A stretch of 51,885 nt of DNA, the filler included, from Sphacelaria rigidula (taxonomy: Eukaryota): assembly GCA_964200075.2 (NCBI GenBank). It is 4 parts of 4 records of this genome, joined end to end, with 100 filler letters (N's around TTAATTAATTAA, not from the genome) between each part and the next. Parts side by side here need not be neighbours in the genome. Positions count along the whole stretch, not along the records: positions 12,999 to 25,895 come from CAXNAA020003325.1; positions 25,996 to 38,891 come from CAXNAA020003326.1; 2 more parts are not named here. One strand, given 5' to 3'. The notes below the pieces were generated by a model. That model searched no databases. It was not told where the DNA came from and worked only from the letters and a program-made list of their open reading frames with translations. Numbering within the stretch: the stretch's first letter is position 1; every line of letters starts with the position of its first letter. A program made the translations under genes and the position numbers. Shown here one piece after another: positions 24,953 through 37,173 of the stretch.

Positions 24953-25046
24953 GCGGGGGGGTATCTCAAACTCGAGGTTCGCGGGATGTTTCACAGTAAT
25001 TTGCAGTCAAATATACCGCGAACCCCGAGTTTGAGATACCTCCAGC
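24953..25046. repeat. ~94-bp hairpin / mini-MITE
   Basis: ggtatctcaaactcgaggttcgcgg pairs with ccgcgaaccccgagtttgagatacc. Confidence 0.8.
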
Positions 25047-25818
25047 AACCCCCCCACACACCGGAAGTTTTCTCAGTCCTACAGGTTCTGAGGTAAGCTT
25101 GAAAGTCACTTGAAGAAGAACGTTCAACCCCGGGATGTGCCAGCGTTGTGGAGGTGGAGGTGTAGCGTCTGAATACTGAGGGGCGTCACAAGAACTTTTA
25201 GACATCGAGCGCCGCCTTGGAACAGTTTCATGGGCTGACAATGCACGGACATGCGGAGTTTTCCACTCAGCAAAGGCACAACAGCATGCAGTAGACTGTG
25301 TTTAGTGAGAGCGATGGCATGCTGAATGTATCTTGCCGTTATATCCAGCAAAAACAAACAGCACACACACTGACTCTGCACTTACGTAACCACTACGAAA
25401 GAAGAAAGTAGGCGTGACCGTTAGGGACGCTAAACGGAGGGGGATGTTATCCCTCGAAAGGTGTTCGGGCTGTTCGACGATACCTCACCGACCATATACC
25501 ACTCTTTACAGAGGATCCTGAGAAATGGGTTACCAAATTGAACATCAAAATGACTTTCAACTCCGATCAGTGCTTTGCTGACCTAAAGTAGTGACATATT
25601 ACATTCATATATGGACGACCTCATCCCCTCCGATCTCCCTGAAAATACTTTGGGAGGTTTCTAGCCTTCCGTTCCCGCAGAGGGCATGTGCGAAAACACA
25701 TTTATGCCTCGATTTGGGATGAAAAGGGAGACGCTTTTTCGCCCGATCATGGTTTGTTTGCATAGCCATACCCTGTCGGGGGACGGAAGCCTCGAAACCC
25801 CCCATAAGGGAGATTGGG

Positions 25819-25887
25819 GGGGCGTACTCATTTGTTGCTTGCCTTAGTCATTTGACCATTGACCACGCATCCCTTTCGAGACGGAGC
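25819..25887 (+). repeat. ~69-bp micro-element, family A, copy 2, flanked by direct repeat AGATTGGG
   Basis: agattggg at 25811-25818 and 25888-25895. Confidence 0.85.
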
Positions 25888-25895
25888 AGATTGGG

Positions 25896-25995
25896 NNNNN
25901 NNNNNNNNNNNNNNNNNNNNNNNNNNNNNNNNNNNNNNNTTAATTAATTAANNNNNNNNNNNNNNNNNNNNNNNNNNNNNNNNNNNNNNNNNNNN
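25896..25995. other. Artificial contig spacer
   Basis: 44 N + TTAATTAATTAA + 44 N. Confidence 0.97.
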
Positions 25996-26239
25996 CCATT
26001 GCCGCCAAACACGCCAAAGCTGTCCATGTAAACAGCAATGCGGATGACCACCGTAAGACCACGCAATCCAGCGAATCCACATCCGCCAACTCGGCATCGA
26101 CTTTTCCTGCAAGCAGACGCCCCTGCGAGTCATCTGAGTAAGCTTCCACCTAATCACTGGAGCAGATAGACTCGCCCTGAGCATCGCAAGCCCCAAGCTT
26201 GCTCTGCTCACCCTCATCACGGGGATAACACCCCCTTGC

Positions 26240-26900
26240 AGAGGTGTTGTGCGCGGCGCCCGTCCAAACATCACATGGTATGGCGTACTGGCGTAGCGCT
26301 CGCGGAATGCCGTGTTCAATGCCCACTGTACGGCAGGCTCCAGTCCCACCCAGTCACGAACGTCGCGCCTCTCTTCTTGGAGCATGGCCTTCAGAGTACG
26401 GACAACCTCTCGCATCATCCTTTCACACGTACCATTTGACCACGGCGAGTTGGGAACCACGAACCTCCTGTCCAGCTTCAGCGCCTTCTCCAGTGCTCGC
26501 ATCACGCGGTTCTTGAAATGCGACGCGGTGTCACTAACCCAGACCTCCGGTGGACCCAGCGCCTTGCACCACGCCAACAGATGCTGCACCGTCGCTGCAG
26601 CTGTACAAGACTCGGTGGGCTCCAACCACACGCAATTGCATATTACAAACATGTACTTGTACCCGTCGCCTTCATCCAGGCCGCTCTCGCCCAGCGGACC
26701 ACTTTGGCCAACGTACAGATAATCGAAATGCATCACCTCACCGGGCCGTGTGCCATGCACTGTTTCCCCTAGTGGCCGCGGGACCGTCTCACCCGCTTTC
26801 GAGTCCACACAATGCAAGCATTTCCTCACAAAATCTGCCACATGAGCTTCCATCTGAAACCAATGGCAATGCTTTGCTGCCGCTGCAGTATCGCCACAAC
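26240..26900 (-). pseudogene. Gypsy integrase (zinc-finger remnant + DDE core), C-terminus missing
   Basis: W.QMEAHVADFVRKCLHC, HFDY, WVSDTASHF, SPWSNGTCERMMRE, TPYHVMFGR. Confidence 0.9.
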
Positions 26901-27199
26901 ACCCCGATGGCCCGCCTCGTTCATATGAGCACACACCATCAAGCGTGTTTGCAGCTCTTTCGCTCGCGGCGGGATCCACAACACATTTCGCCCTGAAAAA
27001 TGCACGCGAAATAAACCCTCACCGCCTTACGAAATTCGCCCAACAGCTGCTGCAAAAGTAGGGGCTCCAGCAACCATCACTCCGGATCCGGCTTGAGCCT
27101 GCTCTTGGGCCACACGAACGGCGTTCTTCGACGGCAGCGTTTCATCAGGCTGATAGCTCGCAAACACGGCCGCAGCACGCACAGACCCCGCCGGAACGT

Positions 27200-27770
27200 T
27201 TACCCACCTTGACAGTAAATTTCCCAGCAGTTGGGCTCACCAGCAATGTGCCTGATGGAGTAATCGTATTGCCCGAGCGTAGCCCTCCATTGCTCGAGCC
27301 TTTGGGCAGCAGTCTTAGACACGGATGGAACGCACGCCTGGGGGTCAAAAATATATGATGGGTTACTATGATCGGTGAAGATATTTACCCCACCCCAGAG
27401 AAGATACTCCAACCTACGGAAAGTACTTGCGATCGCATAGCCTTCCTTGTCCACCGTAGCCCAACGAACCTGCGCCCCACGAAAAGTTCCGCTAACAAAT
27501 CCCATCGGTTCATGGCTCATCTCTTCCACAGCCAATGTACCACCCAGCTCATCCTCCGGCACCTGCGTAAGAAAACTTCCCCAGTGTAGATCCGATGCGT
27601 CTGGAAACATGAGCACCTGTACTCCTGCTTGGGATATGACAAAGCGAAAGAATGCGCCACCAAATCTTGCGCGTCGTGCCACGCCTGAGCACGCCGGGGC
27701 GTCCATACCGACTCCTTGCTTGGTACGGCGCACGATTCCCTGCATGTGTTCCTCCAGTAATACCCGCACC
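27200..27770 (-). pseudogene. Gypsy RNase H
   Basis: FPDASDLHWG, WATVDKEGYAI, IFTDHSN, YDYSIRHIAGEPN. Confidence 0.9.
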
Positions 27771-27992
27771 TGTAGACTCCGGGCAATACTGTTACCTTGA
27801 TTCGGGTCAGAGAGTATGATTCGTGGACTCCGTCATGTATGATGTTTGCGTACGAGGTACAAAATTACTTCTGGTCAACGGAACACTGCTGTTTGTATGA
27901 CTGCTTAAGTCTCGAAGTCTCTGGAGCCCGTGACAGGGGGGAAGCCTCTGGAGCAGCACCGTAACCTTGTTCTGATCCCAGGCAGGTTCACA
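27771..27992 (+). mobile_element. Solo LTR inserted antisense into the pol gene of Gypsy copy 1
   Basis: TG...CA termini (tgtagactcc...ggttcaca); similar to the LTR at 33119-33389; 4-bp TSD cacc/cagc with one mismatch; removing it rejoins VVEPL-RVLLEE. Confidence 0.88.
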
Positions 27993-28800
27993 CAGCGGCT
28001 CCACCACCTCCGGTAAATGCAGCAAGGACGTTCTCAGCCAGTTTACCGCCTGCAGGAACTGCATAAGCTCGCCAGCTGTGTGCAGGTGTCCAAGATTGGC
28101 AAGCCCGCTCAGTCTATCGCGGTCATGAGCCACTTGACCACCTGGAAAGACCTTTCCGTACCACATGCACTTGTGCGCAGCCGCAAAAAGACCAGCATCC
28201 TCCAAACGGCCCACAATCTCGTCCAGTGTACACAACAGATCATACTCATCTTTACCCCACCACAAGATATCATCCACCCATTCTTTGCACTGAAATCCGG
28301 TCAATAATCCTGTCATGATGCCTTGAAAATACCCCGTCGCATTCAATACCCTTTGCGGCACCCGTGTGGGGGTGAACAGACTTCCATGAGTCGCGATCGT
28401 GAGTATTTCTTGTGCATTAGCCGCCAACGGCATCTGCCAGATATCCTGCAGCATATCAATCTTGCCAAAACACGCAGCGCCCAGCAGGTCGATCATCTCC
28501 GCCTCGTGTCAGGTATGACATTGGGAACTTTCTCAATCTGCTTGTTCACCGCGCGATAATCACTCACCAGTCGATAGCCGCCCTTAGTAGGCGCCGCAAT
28601 GGCCGCACTCGCTCACACTGTCTGTAAGCTGCGGAATACTAGCCCGAGCGCCACCAGCTTTGACAAACACCCTGCTAACCACGCGGCCTCTAAAGGGGAA
28701 TACACCCGCGGGCTCACCTTGACTGCTCTAGCCCCACGTTTGAATTTCACTGTCAATGGCTCTACATGAGCAGGCGTATCACCGCGCAGTGCTCGCCGAA
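27993..28800 (-). pseudogene. Gypsy reverse transcriptase (frameshifted)
   Basis: YRLVSDYRAVNKQ, IDMLQDIWQMPL, FTPTRVPQRVLNATGYFQ, WVDD. Confidence 0.9.
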
Positions 28801-29099
28801 AAGCGTCGACACATCGCCCAACACCCTCCCGAAGCTATTCAACGCCGCTCGCCGACATATCCTTGTCCGCAGCCGCCTGTACTGCATGATCTAATGCAAC
28901 ACGACGCTCCGCCAGCTCCTGCTCTAGAGTCATGTTCATCTCGGGACCACGCGACATCAATCGCTCAACGGAGGGATCCACAGGCTCCTCTTGGTCACCT
29001 GGATCCTGGAACGCCTCAATCGCAATGCTCATACGCCTACGTTCTCGGAATTCAGGCGTATCTGCACCTCTCACCACCGCGTGTCTTGAGCGTACGCAT

Positions 29100-30500
29100 G
29101 CGTTCAGCCCACTAGTGTGTACACTTCAATGTCTATGGCCTCCAGCGTACCGCTCCCGATGATCACCACATCATCGGCACCTGGCATGACCACATAGTGA
29201 CACGGATCCAGCACCACCGGCCCCCAGTTGGTGTGCAGAGCGGTGCGCACTAGGCACGCCTTTAACTGCATACTCCGTACGTACATTACCATCGGCTAGT
29301 TTCACCGGGTGTGTACGAGCCATGCTCGTGACAACTGGCACATCAAGGAACATTGCTTGCAACTGGGCCGCCACTTTTTCAGACATGATAGTGCTACCAG
29401 CCCCCGAATCCAAAACGGCAGTAACAGGGCAAACGTTCTTGGCTGCGGAACCTAGAACAGACAAGTCTGCCCAGCAGCACCATGCTATGCGCACTGCTAG
29501 CACTCCCTTGCGTTCCATCCCCTGGAAAAACAGCCCGTGTGGGAGCAGGACTTTTACTGCCTCCCCGCCGACCATGGACCTGTTGTTGCTGCTGCTGCTG
29601 CTGCTGTGGCGGCGGCGGCGGCAGCGGCGACGGCGGCGACGACTTCGCTTGCCCACCTGACGCACTCACCGCGGCCGCAGGTGTGCTGCGTTTGTTACAG
29701 TCCTTCATGTAGTGGCCCTTATCGCCACACTCAAAACAACCTGCATAGCTCGGACCAAGTTTGTGGGGTTGTTTCGAGCATTTACCGCCACTTCCCGCTG
29801 CGGCGGCTGCAGCCGCTGCGCCGGCATGTGATGTCAGTTCTTTTTAGCCTTGTGAGTCACTTTTTTGTCTAAGTTGCGGTTGCTGGCGGCGGTGTTTGTC
29901 AACCTTTTCACCAGTGTTCCATTTTTCCGTCAAGTTATGAGCTACCTCATAAACCACTCTAGGGATCTCTTTCCAGTCCCTTTTCATGCAGAGTATATTT
30001 TGAACTTTATTCTTGAACTCAGGTGGGGTCAGGCCGGCGACCATAGCTCTGGTGATGATGTGTGCTGGACCAGCTTTGAACGTACGGTCAGATTCAAGGA
30101 AAACGCATTCCGCACCAGCGTTTTCCGCAATGTACACCTGTAATAAACTCCATTGGACTTCTACTCGACCCATCGCAGTTGGTTCAGACCGTGCGGCAAG
30201 GGCCTTTTTGACGCCTGCTGCAGCTTCGGGAGGACAAATTTCCGTATCAATACAGCAGTTCGTATGGCGTGCAACCCCTTGCTGCAATTCGCGATATCTT
30301 TATTAAAAGTGTCTGGAAGCTTGCTCAGTGAATACTCGCCCATATTCGGGCACTTTCAACGAGCTACGCAATGTCAATTCGGTTGCTGCAAACTTCACCT
30401 CATCAATCGTCTCGCTGGTGCCACCTTCCCTTCGCGCTGCTATCCTTCCAGCAGCCTCCTGTCACCGCAGTCGCCTTGGATTCGTATGGCCTGCGCCTCT
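29100..30500 (-). pseudogene. Gypsy gag (CCHC knuckle) and aspartic protease
   Basis: CFECGDKGHYMKDC at ~29697-29740; AVLDSGAG protease motif; Pro/Gln low-complexity linker. Confidence 0.85.
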
Positions 30501-30840
30501 CTCTCCGCCGTTTTTTTCCCTCCCCTGTTATTCAACGTGAGCGTCCTCACGTTCTACATCCGGTCGGGTGCGACTTCAAAAACCTAATCCACAATCGACA
30601 AGTTTCCTGGATACACGCTTATTGTGAACCTGCCTGGAATCAGAACAAGGTTAGAGTGCTGCTCCAGAGGCTTCCTCCCTGTCACGGGCTCAGAGACTTT
30701 AAGAGTCAAGCAATTATACAACAATTTGCTACGCATCTCGTAATCATCCCCCGAACCGTTGTCACACGATCCAAAATGATATCCATATGCTACCGTACTC
30801 CCCATGCTGGAAGTGCTACTGTACTTTCTCTACAGCCTGG

Positions 30841-32863
30841 AGGAAAAGTCGATGCCGAGTTGGCGGATGTGGATTCGCTGGATTGCGTGGTCTTACGGTG
30901 GTCATCCGCATTGCTGTTTACATGGACAGCTTTGGCGTGTTTGGCGGCAATGGCAGAGGTCTCTCCACCGTTGCGCCGCGCGGTGTTCGAGGAGGATAGC
31001 GTGCCATCAGGAGGTGTTGCTGTTCGGGACTGTGTAGCTGTTCCCGTTTCGCCTCTCATTCCCTCTGTGGAACGGACTGAAGCACAGGTGTGAGTACTGC
31101 ACAAGTATCTGTGGAGGCAGATGGCTTGCCGCATTGGTTCGGCGGTGCAGATATACCGTTTAGTGGCAAACTGAGCGGCTCCACGAGGCTGCGAGCTATT
31201 GCTGGGCTCATGGTGCGGGGAGCGAGTGTTCGAATGGAAACGCTGCTCTACGCTGTGCATGTGGTCGTGGTTCGAGTGTTGCTGTTTCTCAGGAGCTGGC
31301 TGGAGGACTACAAAGAAGGCATTACCTGAGGTTGTTGCCGTTGTGGTGAGCGCCGTGTTGGATGCTGATGTCGAGGAGCAAGTGCTGTGGTGATTGAGTG
31401 CTGATTGAAAATGAGGAAACACATTATGACTGGTATTCGCGAATCGATCTGAGAATGATTGCAGCTTGTTATTGTGTGGTTTGTGGTCATGTTTGCCCAT
31501 GAAACATGGTTGTTGAGCGAGTATGATCGTATCGCGAGTGCAGGGTAAAACGTTGGCGTACACGTGGATATTTGGCATGTGTGTGTTGTGCTGATATGGT
31601 TGGCACGGACGATGCATGGTGTTTGCTGCGAGGAAGGTTGCATTGCTTGTGCTGGGTGAAATGCTGGCATGCATGTGCCGAATGCTCGCTATAGTGTGGT
31701 ACTAGTGCGCATAGTAACTGGCGAAGAGTCAGGGTGAGGCCGTTTTCAATATACTACTGTATGCTGGATAAGGTGAACCTCGTATATTCCTGCTCACACA
31801 GACACGCTGCGAAGTTCTCTTTGTGTGGTTTGTGGGCACTGACTGTAGAAGATGGTGATTGCTGCTGCTGGTGTTCAAATGAGCAGTACCTACGAAATGC
31901 GTGGGCTCGTATGCACAAGGGAAATGCGAGTGTTTCTTGTGGTTGAAGATAAGTGATCTTTGGCTATGGAATGTTTTTCGGAGGAAGGCTTCATTTCCGT
32001 CTGGAAGGACCATATGGATGGAGTGTCTGTTTGTCTAAGGAAGCGATGCAGGTGAGTTGCAAGTCTGTTGGGACATGAGCTGCATTACATCGCGGTTAAT
32101 CGACCGATGGGATATGACTGTCCTGAATCCAAGTTGGGATATTACATCTGGGTGCTTTCTGGGATGTACTCGGTGAATCGAGTTTGAGAACGATATCACT
32201 ACGGGTGATCAATGATGGCGGAGTTCAAGGTCTGCTAGCCGTTGTTGGATTGGTATACATGGCTTGAGAAGCGGTTTGAGTCATGGCTTTTGTTTCATTA
32301 TGCACATGAGTTGAGTGGCGCAATGAAGCTTTGACGCTTTCACGAAGAAGAGGTGTGCGACGCATACGTTTTTCAATGAGTTGAACAAGCAAGCGACCAG
32401 CTGCGTTCTAGACGTGTCGGATACTAATTTGATTCTAATTTCAGGTATATTGCTTAGCTGCGAAGGTGTTGAACGTACGAAAGAGGAATTTGTATGTTGA
32501 ACGGTTTCGCATGGGAGAGACGACTTGTGACGATGGCTTCAGAATTCGAAGTTCGTTGACGTTGAAAATTTTCTGCCGGTTTGGAGTCAGGAGACTTGTT
32601 TGGGGCATGACTTCGAAAATTGGGCGTCAGCTATCGCTCCGTGACTGGCGATGCTAGTAGCGTGATTGCTTGTTCATGATGGTCGTTTTGGATCTCTTGC
32701 TGGCTGTTCTGAAATTGGATAAGCTTGTATGGCTATTATGATATACTGCGGTAGGGATTGCCATTCTATGTGAAAAATGAAGATAGACTTCAGCAGTAAT
32801 GATGTCTGAGTTTATCTAGCTCTAGTTTGACTACTCGTTGGTAATAAGCGAGAGTCGGGGGTG
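30841..32863 (+). mobile_element. Long 3' internal region of the Gypsy family ending in a polypurine-tract-like gagagtcgggggtg
   Basis: 30841-30953 is identical to the reverse complement of 25996-26108 (downstream of the copy-1 integrase); 31281-32863 is homologous to the reverse complement of 37174-38891. Confidence 0.7.
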
Positions 32864-32869
32864 CTGTGT

Positions 32870-33117
32870 ACTGCTGCCGAGATAGCCCCCCCCCCGAACC
32901 GGCCAAACACGTGCACGGAGGTCATGATCATAAATAACGCTAGAGCTGGTTTCGTGATGCACGACGCGACTCATTTCGGCGTTACAGCTGATTTCGGACT
33001 GCTACACGTCTCTCATGTGGGCGAAATTGCTGCAAACGAGCCCTATAGTGGGATCGCAGCCGATTTGTCCGACGGTCTCCGCTGTACTTTTTATGGGGGG
33101 GCTATCTCGGCATTAGT
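32870..33117. mobile_element. 248-bp MITE inserted at the PPT/LTR junction
   Basis: TIRs tgccgagatagccccccc / gggggggctatctcggca; ctgtg duplicated at 32864-32868 and 33118-33122. Confidence 0.82.
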
Positions 33118-33118
33118 C

Positions 33119-33389
33119 TGTGGACTCCGGGCATCATTGTTACCTTGATTCGGTACGTGACTACATTGGAGAAAGTGCATAGCATGCGTTCATAGACTAC
33201 GTCTGAGAGTGTGATTGGTATACTCCGTGACGTATGATGTTTGCGTACGAGGTTCGCCGATCACTTCTGGTTTTGACGAAGACTGCTGTTTGTATAACTG
33301 CTCGAGTCTTGAAGTTTCTGGAGCCCGTGACAGTAAGGAAGCCTCTGGAGCAGCACTGTGACCTTGTTCTGATTCCAGACAGGCCTACA
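33119..33389 (+). mobile_element. LTR of the Gypsy family
   Basis: tgtggactccggg...gaccttgttctgattccagacaggcctaca; TG...CA; similar to 27771-27992. Confidence 0.85.
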
Positions 33390-35830
33390 CAGCTCGTTGA
33401 ACAGAGGGACGGCTACGTTGGCTGGAAGCATTTCGTGCAGCTAAGGAAGAATGGCAGCACTCAGGAAAGGAGATGGTAGGGGTGCAGGCGAGGAGGTGAC
33501 GTTTAAATTTACTGAGCTTATGTCAGGTGGATCGCTAAAAGCACCGGGGTACGGACTGCATTTCAGCGAAGATGCCTCCAGACAGTTTTTTCAAAAATAT
33601 AGGGATTGCGAAAAGAGCGTACAAGTAAGCAATAAGGGGGGGACAGTCAGTACAGGTCGCTTTATTGACCGTGACAGAACTCGTGCCCAAGTACATTCAC
33701 GCGCGTTTATTACGTACAATGTTTGACGGATCGGTACTCGATCATGAACATCTAGAGGAGGCACTAGGCCGACATGCTAAATGTTGGATTGATATAGAGA
33801 TCGATCCTTCAGTTGCTGCAGCGGGTGTGCGGAAGGCGCTGGCTGCTCGCAACGAGCCGACTGCCATGGGTAGAATCGAGGGACGTGGATGCCCTCGACG
33901 AGTTTTTTCGCCGAAAACCCGAGCATCGAGCGCGCGTTCCGCGAGGACAAGACTTTCAAAGCAGGACCCGCTCAAATAACTACGCGGGAATTGCTCGCCG
34001 GCATGTCCTCCGCTGAATTCAAGACATAAGTGCTCAAGATGCTTCACATGATGTGGGGGGGTGAAAAGAGGATGCTGGACTCGTGTATGATATGGCTCGG
34101 GAAGCAGCAGAGACATGGAAGACGGCAGAAGCAGCTGATGAACAGCGCCGTCACCAGCCGCGACCGAAACAGAAGGGCGGCAGCGGGACTTCCGGGTCCG
34201 AGCACGAACCGAATGGTGGAAAAACGGCGAACACTGGCAGTGAGACTGCCAGTTCCGGGGAATCTCGGAAACGGGCCCAAGCTATGCAGGTTGTTTCTCA
34301 TGTGGAGACAAGGGCCACTTCATGAAGGATTGTAAGCAGCAAAGCCAAGCTGCTGCTCCACAACATACTGCAGGTGGGCAGTCGAATGCCGGCGACACGC
34401 AGCAACAACAGCAGCAGCTGTCGCAGGGCCCTGGACAGGTGCCTCGAGGAGGGGGCAAGAGTCCTGTCGCTACCAGGGCTGTATTTTCAACCGATGGCTG
34501 TATTTTCAACCGATGGAGGAGGTGCGCCCAGTAGCAGTGGAGCGATGCTACCGCTAGAACCGGTCGTTTCTACTGGTGGCGTACAGCAGACCGTATCGTG
34601 GGCCACAGGGGAAACAGTCCCGTACTTTACATCGGAGGCGATGTCGTCGTGGAGATCGCTCAAACCGGGTGAGGTATCAGGTTTCAATCTGAGGTTATAC
34701 ATGTAAAAAAAGAAGAAAGGTGGTATCTCGCCGACTTTTCTGTCCCGAGTGCAGGGGCACAGAGTGCTTGTCCGGTCAAGGCCATTTTAGACTCGGAATC
34801 TGGAATAACGACCATGTCAGTGGGTGTAGCGGCGAAATTGCAAGCTATGGCTCGAGATGTTCGAGTGGTCATACCGATTATTGGTGAACAGCTGGTGACA
34901 CTGGCTAATGGCAACGTTGAGCGCGTGAAGCAGAAAACTTGCCCTGTCCGAACCGCTTTACACACCAGCTGGGGACCGGTTGTGTTGGACGCATGTTTAT
35001 ATGCGGTCATGCCGGGTACAGATGATGTGATCATCATGGTGAGCCCTACGCTGGAGGCGCTGGCTGGGCATTGACGTGTACAGTAGCTTAGGTCCGTGTG
35101 CACGTGCCAGAAACACTTCGGTGTGAGGTGTAAATACGCCTAGTGTCGGCGTGTCAGTACAGCGGTTGACGCTTTACAGATACCAGGAGGTCGGGCGGAG
35201 CCCGTTTATTCCTCAGTCAAGCGTTTGTTGTCGAGAAGTCCGGTGATGGGCATATTCCCGGAACAAGAGCTTGCTGAGCTTGCTTTTGGAGAGTGACGTG
35301 AGCCAGGTTCGTGAGCGTGTACGGAACAGGGCGAGCGTTTGTAGGCGAGTGCTGCATGCTTACCCGCCTGCTCACGTCGAGCCCTGGAAGGTGAAATTCA
35401 AACCTGTTGCTATGGAGGCAAAGGCAAGGCCGAGGGCATACTTGCCGGTCAGGATGGCGTGGTTGGTACGCTGCATCGCAAGATTGGTGGCGCTCGGGCT
35501 CGTGTACTGCAGTTTGCAGGGTGTGGGCAAAAGCGGCGATCGCAACCCCCGAGAAGTTCTGTATTCGCTGGATAAGTGCTTAGAAAGCGAGGGAGCACGT
35601 TCCCCGTCCCCACAAGCAGGTGATGCATGGTACTTGCCCAAAGGAGGTGTTTTATTTCAATTTTCTCAGTGTTGGCGAGAGTGATCCGCTGGGAGATAAT
35701 GGCTTGGACAAAGGAGATCCGTTCGAGTACATATTGGTAAGGAAGGATGACCCGAGCGACTTTGTGCGGTTGGAGCCCGCGGAGTTTTGTACGGCGGCGA
35801 CGACGATGAAGCATCTGTTAACATGGTGCA
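33390..35830 (+). mobile_element. Degenerate, internally deleted Gypsy copy 2 (gag, protease, RT start, integrase fragment)
   Basis: gag similar to copy 1 (KALAARNEPTAMGR), CFSCGDKGHFMKDC, AILDSES, RTALHTSWGPVVLD, ARPRAY; then jumps at ~35570 to integrase GTCPKEVFYFNFLSVGES...LLTWCK. Confidence 0.88.
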
Positions 35831-36698
35831 AACAAACTATTTTACCCATACTACACTCAGCTACCCTCAATTTTAAGTTTTCTCGACACGTCGACGATCA
35901 TACATGAGTACGACCGTGCCTGGTACATGAAAGAGCAGAAGGGGACAGTATATATGAGATGCCTCGTATGCGCATACGTGCGCACTGCATACATACATAC
36001 GTTGAGCAAGCAGTGTAAATTTTGTCGTCGCAAGCGTCGCCACCGACCATCGTGCTGTGATGTATACGGAGTGCACACCAATCCACGAAGTAGCCGTCGA
36101 TCTAATAACGTACATATCTGGTATAGCAATTTTGGCTATTAATATCTACTTGAACATTGAAGGACATCTTTTCTATCGACCATACTCCTCATCATCGCTA
36201 GAATCGACTTCATTGATCCTACTACCCAACCACCTCGCCCCTGCTCTGCTCTTCTGTTTCAGGTTTGCGGCCAAAACCTTCCCCTGGGATCTTCTTGCCC
36301 CTTCCAATCAGAGCAGGACAGCTAGTCACGATCCCGGACGCTGGTTCCCATCTCTGGTCTGGAATCAGCCGCCGAGCCCTCCCGGTTTCTTGCACAGGCA
36401 CATGGTCCCGGGCGAAGACGCCTTTCGCGTAATTTTCGAGAGACAAAGAAGCGGCGGCAACGCGGATGTGCCTTGTTGCGGGACTTCACCAGTGTACCCG
36501 TACCTCATCATATGACTCTATCCCTTCGACGCCATCTTGCGCCCGGCGTACATCAGTGATCTGGCCGACAAGGAAGGGGGTTTGATCAGCCAAAAAAATA
36601 CGAAGTGCCCTATTGTCGTCGTGATTACGATCGCTCCGGCAGCACGTCAAGAACTCGGTGTTGATGAGTTGATCGTCCCACTACTCTCCCCGGTGACG

Positions 36699-37173
36699 TA
36701 TAGAGCCCTCCTGGACTCAGAACAAGGTCACAAGATTGCTCCAAGGGCTTCCTCCCTAACCAGGGCCTGGAGACTTCAAGACAGTTGTTATTCATAAACA
36801 GACAGCCTTCGTTATCGGAAGTAACCACATGCGTGAAGCATGTGATGTTCAAATCCACATAGTCTGCCGATCAGACCCGCAAGTCCGTCAACCAATAGAA
36901 AACGCCTACATATGAACCTCTGTCACTCAAGATCATATTGCCATGTGGACTCCTCCCATCACGGGCACATAGACTCCAGCAGCTTTAGTTATTTATGTAT
37001 TAACCCTCAGCATAGTACAGGAGAACAGGACCATGTAGCCTCTCTCCACCAGAGTGGCAAAACCAAGCCTACTCGCCATGGAGGTCACCATCACAGAGTC
37101 CGGCAATCAGACTCGCAACTCCGCCGACAATGTCCCTGACCTTGGGTAACAATGGTTGGGGGCTAGGTCTACA
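36699..37173 (-). mobile_element. Diverged, longer 3' LTR of a third Gypsy-family copy
   Basis: - strand starts tgtagac...cattgttacc directly after a PPT-like gagagctttgggggtgc and ends with gaagcccttggagcaatcttgtgaccttgttctgagtccagg, like the other LTRs. Confidence 0.7.

Larger units (their letters stand above)
25996..30790 (-). mobile_element. Degenerate Ty3/Gypsy LTR retrotransposon, copy 1
   Basis: Order on the - strand: LTR (3' end at 30623), gag, protease, RT, RNase H, integrase, 3' region, which is the Gypsy domain order. Confidence 0.92.

Noticed and set aside
36130-36698. Protein-like minus-strand fragment (PFLVGQITDV...VRVHW)
   Set aside because: Interrupted by stops and not assignable to a family by eye
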